In this document: positions 37,990 through 45,998 of the stretch, in pieces | Numbering within the stretch: the first letter of the stretch is position 1 | Layout: the number at the start of each line of letters is the position of its first letter | Source of the DNA: Octopus bimaculoides | Lineage: Eukaryota | DNA: 45,998 bases | Assembly (NCBI RefSeq): GCF_001194135.2 | Contig: NC_068983.1 | Span: forward strand, 139,321,620 to 139,367,617 | Direction of reading: 5' to 3' | Position numbers and translations under genes: made by a program | The notes under the pieces: generated by a model | What the model saw: only the letters and a program-made list of their open reading frames with translations | The model's database searches: none | What the model was told of the DNA's origin: nothing

Positions 37990-39120
37990 AAGTGCATCCT
38001 GAAACACTAGAGATGACCTCTGACCAAACAGAGATCCCAGGACAGCAGCAACAGTAGGTACTAGTGAAAAGTAGAAGATCTGGATTTTGCCAGTTGTGTA
38101 GATACTTATAAACTCAAGCCTTATTCCATCAACAACAACGAAGACACAACAATGAACGACAACGTGCGCATGCCATACGATCCCAATGAAGTGTGTTCGA
38201 CTTTTCTGCAGCACTTTGCTCAAATGTTAGGGAAAAGTGGCTTGCAATAATGCTGGATAAATGTTAGTACCTTTATTGAAGGTCTGATGCGAGTCTCAGC
38301 AAAAAATGCAGCATATTGCTAAACGCCGTTAACAGCCGAGATAACACGGAAAGGGATGGTTGACTGACCGACAGAACCGGAAAAAGGATTCATCCTGAAC
38401 AGATATATCCTTCATAACTTCCAACTCGGCGATGCATCATAGACTGAGTGGGTAAAGAACATGGTATGAGTGGGGTCATGATCAATTTAAATCAATCAAA
38501 ATCTTTCTATTACATCGACAACTAATACTTTGCCGTTGTTTTCTTAACGGTCAGTATTTTTCCCAACATACACTGTTTAATCGTTATAATTTACTGCGAA
38601 ATCTACACAGTGGTTATGAGGAGAGATCTCGCATCAAAGCCTATTCGATATCACGCAATATCGCTCAGTTACGGTAGTCTTTCCTTGTCACTTCTACATG
38701 TGGTGACTCTAATATCACTACTGCAAAAGCTAAAGTCTTCACGAGGTGTATTCTACAAGTAGGATGCACAGGATCCGTATCGGATAGCGTAAACGATATC
38801 AACGACATTTTGTCAGACATCACACACATCGAAGCAATCGGCACTTCTCCAATTGACTACGAGGCGGAAACGTGAGTAATAATCAACAAAGAAAAGTCAG
38901 TAGCCTTACAACACGGTACGCTGAGAGGCAGGGTCATGCCGTTCAATTGTGCACGGATTTAAAGTGTTCGGTGTCTGTTTTGGTCTGGTTCTCCACGTGT
39001 CGAACGTCGACGTCATCTCCATCATATATTACTTTGTGACCGTTCTTCCATAGTTCAAATCTTTCAGAACAAAAGCGTCTGCCGTTTAAGCCGCCTGTTT
39101 CCAGACTCGCTTTTCATAGT
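37990..39120 (+). mobile_element. Tx1/L1-clade LINE ORF2 (RT) remnant
   Basis: Collinear decayed motifs: EVCSTFLQHFAQMLG; MINLNQSKSFYYIDN*YFAVV (cf. LDQSKAFDRVDH); LHVVTLISLLQKL; VSDSVNDINDILSD...YEAET*VIINKEKSVAL (degenerate YADD and KIN..KS); KVFGVCFG; ISIIYYFVTVLP. Confidence 0.7.
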
Positions 39121-39279
39121 TATTCTTTTCAATGACCGGGCACACATCAGCGTACCAAATTTGAAACACTTCAATCAATTTAAAAATGTTTAATTGAGAA
39201 AACAGAAAAAACCTTCTTTACCACGCTCTCTGTCACTCCTCCGCTATACATTCATGTCGTTCACGCTAAGTGTGTATAT

Positions 39280-39325
<46 letters not shown>

Positions 39326-40094
39326 GCAGTCAGCGTCTGTGTATGCATGTCTGAAAGGAATTTCATTATGGTGACAGTGTTAAAAGACTCAAACTGTATC
39401 TTTAGCGAGCTAACAGAATTCTTTACATCTATGCACCAAATTGAAAATCGAACTCTTAATCTATCGATACATTATAAATTGCCCCAAATAATGCAGAAAT
39501 AGGCCCTAATTAAGAGGCTTATCTGTCAGAGAAGACATGATCTAACGTGTAATAATAAAATTGAAATAAAGACGTTCTATTGTGAAAATTGACTGGCAGC
39601 GAAGAGATACTCAGCTTGTTTTTTGTATATTTTTTTATATTCTATACTCTGTGGTAGCTAAAACAGAATATGATTATTTTGATTTATAATGGCAGGCTGT
39701 TTTCTATATTGAGAATAGTATTTATTTAATAAAGAAAGATGCTCTCAAACACAAATTGTACAAAATGTTCAACTGTACATTTATCTAGAAACTAAAAATG
39801 AAAACGAAAGAAAATTTGCAGCATCGAAAAATTTGATATATCAAATCTTACAAACACGAAAAATAAGGAACTTATGAAGAAAAGGAACAGCACAAGGTTT
39901 TCCTAGTGGGTCGATACAGAACAATTAACACAAAGACACAGTGATAGTATGTTTGGTCGACACATTTAGCGTAAACAAGTTATACAGCAACATTTTAAAT
40001 GGCGCAGAGGAAAGTAGGATTTTCAGATGATATCAAACATGTGCCGCAGGGAGTTCTGGTCCATGTGGTTTCCAACATTCACAGCAGTTTTGTA

Positions 40095-40410
40095 CTAAGA
40101 AACTTGCTTCCAAAATAGATCATTCCGGATTTAGTCCAACTGCGTAGCACCTTGCGCAAGAGTCTTCTCGTATAACCTCGGGCCGACCAAAGATTTGTGA
40201 GTGGATTTGGTGGACGGGAACTGAAAGAAACCCGTCGAATTTATGTCTATCCACATATATGTGTCTTTGTGTCTGTGTTTGCCCTCTACCACCGCTTGTC
40301 AACCAGCGTTGGTGTGTTTACGTCCTCGTACCTTAGGAGTTGGCAGAAGAGACCGATAGAATAAGTTCCAGGTTTAAAATAAATGAACCCTGGGCGTTGA
40401 ATTTTTGACT
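40095..40410 (+). mobile_element. SINE family B
   Basis: GCACCTTGCGCAAGAGTCTTCT..TATAACCTCGGGCCGACCAAAG.TTTGTGAGTGGATTTGG...GAGACCGATAGAATAAG. Confidence 0.8.
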
Positions 40411-41055
40411 AAAAAAAGAAAATAAAAGATATACATATATATATATATCGATATCAATCAAATTAACCAGTCAGATACATCACAAACTTACCCAGAGTTA
40501 TTGCAATACATAAGCCACACGAGATGGAAAATATCTTTCCTTTGTCCTCAAGAAGACCTTCGATCATAGCAGATTCTGTCTGAATGCATATATTTCGTCC
40601 TGGTCTGGATTTATCTAGCTAATAGGATTTTACTCCTGCGTGAGTTGGTAATCATTTCCATTAAAGTTTTTTAAGGAAACCGTCTTTGATTATTTTCTAT
40701 ACTTTTTTCAGAAAATTAAGTATATTCTTTCATATATGTCCAAATATGTTTAGCATAGCATATCTTACATACCACTAAGTTCTGTATAAATTATTTTGGA
40801 CATCATTGCACGTTTCTAAATCCTTCGAATAACGTTTTTTTACTGCAAATATTAAAGGGCCGTAGAAGCAAAAATAAGACGAATGATTATTAAGGTTGTA
40901 GCCGATTTTACTGTTATTGTGGATATTAAGGCAACTTTATTGCTTTGTTTACGACTGAAACGGAACATTAACAGAGCTTACACATTAACACCTACGTGAA
41001 TTTAAGATGCGAATTCTTAGCGGAAATATCATGCAGTATAACTTATTTTTTACCG

Positions 41056-41133
41056 TAACATCTAATCGAATAACACCAACATTCGCCATCAGAATAACAT
41101 CTAATCGAATAACACAAAAATTCGACATCAGAA
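41056..41133. repeat. 39-bp tandem duplication
   Basis: TAACATCTAATCGAATAACAC.A..ATTCG.CATCAGAA at 41056 and 41095. Confidence 0.9.
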
Positions 41134-41586
41134 TGTTAAAGCAACTTCTTCGGTCATATCGATTCAAACCATTAAATATTTCTTACGAAGCAGTGAATAC
41201 GTAGACCATATCTAGTATGGTTCTAAATAAGGCCTTCGTGAGGGTGCATACTGTAGGATTTTATAGGAGGAAAGCCAAACCACACAGAGAATCAAATAAT
41301 CCAGCGATTAAATGATAGAACAAACTGTAGTTTGCTTTCAAATTATCCAGATAAAACTACAAAAAAAAAAAAGAAAAACACAAGAACTTGTAACAAAGAA
41401 GAGCGGCAAGAAATTGACAGGTAAATTTATAAAGATGCAAGACGAGAATAGGAATATTGAAGAGAGCGTACACACAAAAGAAACAGTAACAATTACAACG
41501 ATAGTAATGCTAATAATTCTTGTTTCATATTTTCCCACAAGGCCAGCAATTTTAGAGGGTGGGACTATTCGACTACATTGATTGCA

Positions 41587-41630
<44 letters not shown>

Positions 41631-42615
41631 NNNNNNNNNNNNNNNNNNNNNNNNNNNNNNNNNNNNNNNNNNNNNNNNNNNNNNNNNNNNNNNNNNNNNN
41701 NNNNNNNNNNNNNNNNNNNNNNNNNNNNNNNNNNNNNNNNNNNNNNNNNNNNNNNNNNNNNNNNNNNNNNNNNNNNNNNNNNNNNNNNNNNNNNNNNNNN
41801 NNNNNNNNNNNNNNNNNNNNNNNNNNNNNNNNNNNNNNNNNNNNNNNNNNNNNNNNNNNNNNNNNNNNNNNNNNNNNNNNNNNNNNNNNNNNNNNNNNNN
41901 NNNNNNNNNNNNNNNNNNNNNNNNNNNNNNNNNNNNNNNNNNNNNNNNNNNNNNNNNNNNNNNNNNNNNNNNNNNNNNNNNNNNNNNNNNNNNNNNNNNN
42001 NNNNNNNNNNNNNNNNNNNNNNNNNNNNNNNNNNNNNNNNNNNNNNNNNNNNNNNNNNNNNNNNNNNNNNNNNNNNNNNNNNNNNNNNNNNNNNNNNNNN
42101 NNNNNNNNNNNNNNNNNNNNNNNNNNNNNNNNNNNNNNNNNNNNNNNNNNNNNNNNNNNNNNNNNNNNNNNNNNNNNNNNNNNNNNNNNNNNNNNNNNNN
42201 NNNNNNNNNNNNNNNNNNNNNNNNNNNNNNNNNNNNNNNNNNNNNNNNNNNNNNNNNNNNNNNNNNNNNNNNNNNNNNNNNNNNNNNNNNNNNNNNNNNN
42301 NNNNNNNNNNNNNNNNNNNNNNNNNNNNNNNNNNNNNNNNNNNNNNNNNNNNNNNNNNNNNNNNNNNNNNNNNNNNNNNNNNNNNNNNNNNNNNNNNNNN
42401 NNNNNNNNNNNNNNNNNNNNNNNNNNNNNNNNNNNNNNNNNNNNNNNNNNNNNNNNNNNNNNNNNNNNNNNNNNNNNNNNNNNNNNNNNNNNNNNNNNNN
42501 NNNNNNNNNNNNNNNNNNNNNNNNNNNNNNNNNNNNNNNNNNNNNNNNNNNNNNNNNNNNNNNNNNNNNNNNNNNNNNNNNNNNNNNNNNNNCCTCCTCC
42601 TCCTCCTCCTCCTCC

Positions 42616-42649
<34 letters not shown>

Positions 42650-42669
42650 TATTTTTATTATTACTATTT

Positions 42670-43224
42670 AGTGAGAGTGCAGTACATGCCATTAAAGTGA
42701 CACTGGGGTAAAATATACGAAGCCCAGTATATCCATCATGAACACTCGTCTGATAAAGGTACAACAGGTACATGTATTACAACCAAATGTGCGCGACATA
42801 GTGATCTCATAGCAAGATAAACAGCGCATGATCTTCCAGGTGGGGCCCAGTTAGATTTTCTTCAGGTCGAGTAGCCCATCCGGCTCAAAAGGTCCTTAAA
42901 TAAGGGTTGTTTAAGAATGTTGAACGATACATCCATGTTTTCCGAGGTGAATTATCGAAGCTCAAAAGAATTTCTCTCAACACATGGTTATGATGCTCTC
43001 CGACTACTTCTGCTTGCGATCAGAAATGCACACATCGTCAGCCACTAAGGGACATGCTCAACTTGTCGTCAAACAACTGACACGCACACGCAAATCTGTG
43101 GTATTGCGCAGCATATTCGCTGTAGCCCATCTTTTATACCACGACAAAACAATGTACAAGATAACACTTCCTGTCAGTTAAGATCAGAAGCCATGAGAGT
43201 CACTGTCTGGTATTGCATCAGGGC

Positions 43225-43226
<2 letters not shown>
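42670..43226. mobile_element. About 555-bp non-coding interspersed element between trinucleotide microsatellites
   Basis: GC-richer unique block bounded left by (CCT)n(CAT)n(TTA)-like repeats and right by (TTA)n/(TAG)n. I recall it as a recurrent octopus repeat. No ORF or TIR; orientation not determined. Confidence 0.55.
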
Positions 43227-43291
<65 letters not shown>

Positions 43292-43322
43292 GTAGTAGTA
43301 GTAGTAGTATTATTATTATTAT
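43227..43322. repeat. (TTA)n(TAG)n(TTA)n microsatellite
   Basis: Direct reading. Confidence 0.95.
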
Positions 43323-43353
43323 TAAATATGTATGTTTGAGTTTGTGTGAGTGA

Positions 43354-43386
<33 letters not shown>

Positions 43387-43729
43387 CGGATGTGTGTGCA
43401 TGAGCTAAAAGCAACATGCTAACTTGAATGGCTATGAGGTTTCTTTTACGACCATAATTCACATGTTATATTCACAGATCAAGGAATTCTTTGCCACTCT
43501 TACTACGACACAACTTTTCATAGTCCAGATTCTTCATTTCCAATTACGCACCATTTAGTATTTAGCGTAGGTTTCACATCCATTAGCTGGTATGTTCTCG
43601 ATTTATAAACATTTGGAGTATAGCAAAGAAGAGAGAAAACTTTGTCTCCTTACCATCACATAACTTACTAAAACCATTAGAGAAGCATTTACTTGCTGCT
43701 GAGACATTGGCATGCGAATGATACGTGGT

Positions 43730-43788
<59 letters not shown>

Positions 43789-44533
43789 NNNNNNNNNNNN
43801 NNNNNNNNNNNNNNNNNNNNNNNNNNNNNNNNNNNNNNNNNNNNNNNNNNNNNNNNNNNNNNNNNNNNNNNNNNNNNNNNNNNNNNNNNNNNNNNNNNNN
43901 NNNNNNNNNNNNNNNNNNNNNNNNNNNNNNNNNNNNNNNNNNNNNNNNNNNNNNNNNNNNNNNNNNNNNNNNNNNNNNNNNNNNNNNNNNNNNNNNNNNN
44001 NNNNNNNNNNNNNNNNNNNNNNNNNNNNNNNNNNNNNNNNNNNNNNNNNNNNNNNNNNNNNNNNNNNNNNNNNNNNNNNNNNNNNNNNNNNNNNNNNNNN
44101 NNNNNNNNNNNNNNNNNNNNNNNNNNNNNNNNNNNNNNNNNNNNNNNNNNNNNNNNNNNNNNNNNNNNNNNNNNNNNNNNNNNNNNNNNNNNNNNNNNNN
44201 NNNNNNNNNNNNNNNNNNNNNNNNNNNNNNNNNNNNNNNNNNNNNNNNNNNNNNNNNNNNNNNNNNNNNNNNNNNNNNNNNNNNNNNNNNNNNNNNNNNN
44301 NNNNNNNNNNNNNNNNNNNNNNNNNNNNNNNNNNNNNNNNNNNNNNNNNNNNNNNNNNNATATATATATATATATACGTATATATATACATGTATATATT
44401 ATACATACATACACACACACACACACATATACATACACACGCATATACTAATACTACAAAGCAACACACGCATCATGTAAATGCATATATAGAAGTAAAC
44501 TTACACATGCTCAAACAAACATGCACATATATA

Positions 44534-44950
44534 CAGGGTGGGTGGTAAGTAACTAGGCATTAGAAATAGCTTATAGAAGTCTCAGTATCACTGAAGTGAT
44601 GAAGAAAACATTTTTTAAACAGACAACACTAATGGGGAATTTTTATTTCCGTAATTTGTTGTTTTTTTTCCAGATTTTCTTCTAGATTTTCTTGATTGTT
44701 GAGGACCTAGCTAAGGTAGCAGCACGCTACGAAGTGTGGACTTCCGTTGCTTTGGTTCAGAGATGGTGGGGTGTGCATGGAAAAATAAGCATACAAACTA
44801 CGTCCGAAGTCAAGAAAATTCGTCATGCACAGCGAACGATCGAAGAAGTCGCCGGTCAACCACGTATTGATAAGCGGAGAACGTGGAACAGTGCAGGAGA
44901 TGTTTTATCGCAGCCCGTAAAATCGACACGTCAAGCAACGTGGAAGGTAA
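44534..44950 (+). mobile_element. Tc1/mariner superfamily (maT/DD37D-like) 5' fragment
   Basis: Begins TA|CAGGGTG (typical TIR start). ORF 44692 encodes AARYEVWTSVALVQRWW...SQPVKSTRQA, resembling the N-terminal HTH region of maT-like transposases. No right TIR or catalytic domain seen. Confidence 0.65.
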
Positions 44951-45569
44951 TGCTCTGTAAGTGCTATGGAAGGACCGTAGTTAAACTCTCGATTCGATAA
45001 TGGTACGAGTGAACAGTTTAATGTGAGTCTTGTATGAGCATGTATATGTTAAATAAAATCAGACAACAAAGCCAAGGCCGTGTGGAATTTTCAGGACATT
45101 TATAAAGTGGTGTGTAGAAATGCTAGAAATGATTCTTGTTCGTGGTATGTAAATTCCAATAGGAGTTCATATTTTGTCATTACAAATGGAAAGTGTGGAA
45201 TCATAGATTCCATGTGCTATTCATTTAAAGAGGATAAGAAGCATGTCTACCACTTCTCACAGCACTTTCCTGGGATAATGGAACTGTAGCTATAACATCT
45301 TTATATATTCTTATTTTTATTACTACATTCATTCTCCTATTTCCCTATATACTCCTTATTTCCTTCCTTTTCCAAAATAACTCCTTATATTGAATTCTAA
45401 TATTTCCATCCATTTAACCATCTCATATCGTCTCTGTTGGTGGGATATCACTAATATCATAGAAAAAAATGTAAGACAAACTTTCACTTTATAAATATAC
45501 TGAAAATTCCACACAGCATTGGTTTAGTTGTCTCATTGTATTTAACACGCACGCACGCACATACACACA

Positions 45570-45609
<40 letters not shown>

Positions 45610-45809
45610 CACATACATATATTTGTATATGATTTAACATGAAACTGATTGATTACTGAATATATTCTAATAGAGTAAGAAGTTAATAGCATCTTCGAAG
45701 TTTGTACGGTGTCATGAAATTAATAACGGTGTGGTAGGGAAAATTTCATAAGCAAAGTCAATGTATGTCTGTACACCCCTCCACACTTTCCCACATATAT
45801 ATGTGTGGG

Positions 45810-45846
<37 letters not shown>

Positions 45847-45998
45847 CAATGTTAATTCTCTAAATGAAGTATTAACAGTAACTGCACGATAAAGTGTAGT
45901 ATATTGCCACTTAAGTGTGGCTGACCCCTAGGGGTGGATGTTACTGTTGCTTTTAGCCCCAGGAGGACATCTCCTCCAGCTGGCTTATCGACACACGA

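Noticed and set aside
40488-40620. Minus-strand open stretch ending at a perfect G|gtaagt donor (MIEGLLEDKGKIFSISCGLCIAITLG)
   Set aside because: Phase 1 is incompatible with the phase-0 IGFBP exon, it is not a typical signal peptide, and no homology was recognised.
45095-45145. Plus-strand AG...GT bounded segment (DIYKVVCRNARNDSCSW)
   Set aside because: Isolated, no partner exons or recognisable domain, and it overlaps a probable decayed RT on the other strand.
45915-45998. GC-richer stretch at the window end, possibly a LINE terminus
   Set aside because: Too short and truncated by the window edge to classify.

Overview
AT-rich, microsatellite-dense eukaryotic DNA with nine N-gaps. The SINE, LINE and DNA-transposon repertoire and the (TA)n/(CA)n/(TATG)n/(TAA)n load look like an octopus genome (inference from remembered repeat consensuses; no search was run). 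The only host protein-coding sequence I can support is one 205-nt minus-strand exon (11817-12021). It encodes a complete 12-cysteine IGFBP-type N-terminal module of a CCN-family (CTGF/CYR61/WISP-like) matricellular protein; its other exons are not identifiable here. The rest is intron or intergenic DNA full of decayed mobile elements: three tRNA-SINE families, a mariner with both ends, a maT/DD37D-like 5' fragment, CR1-, Tx1- and R4/Dong-like LINE fragments, and a Penelope-like element (PLE) cluster at 16.3-21.4 kb. The most notable non-coding signal is an apparently intact minimal type I hammerhead ribozyme (16398-16443) inside a near-perfect 57-bp inverted repeat, about 1 kb upstream of a PLE ORF remnant whose RT catalytic core appears deleted in frame. 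Nearly all ORFs in the supplied track are microsatellite or gap artefacts.
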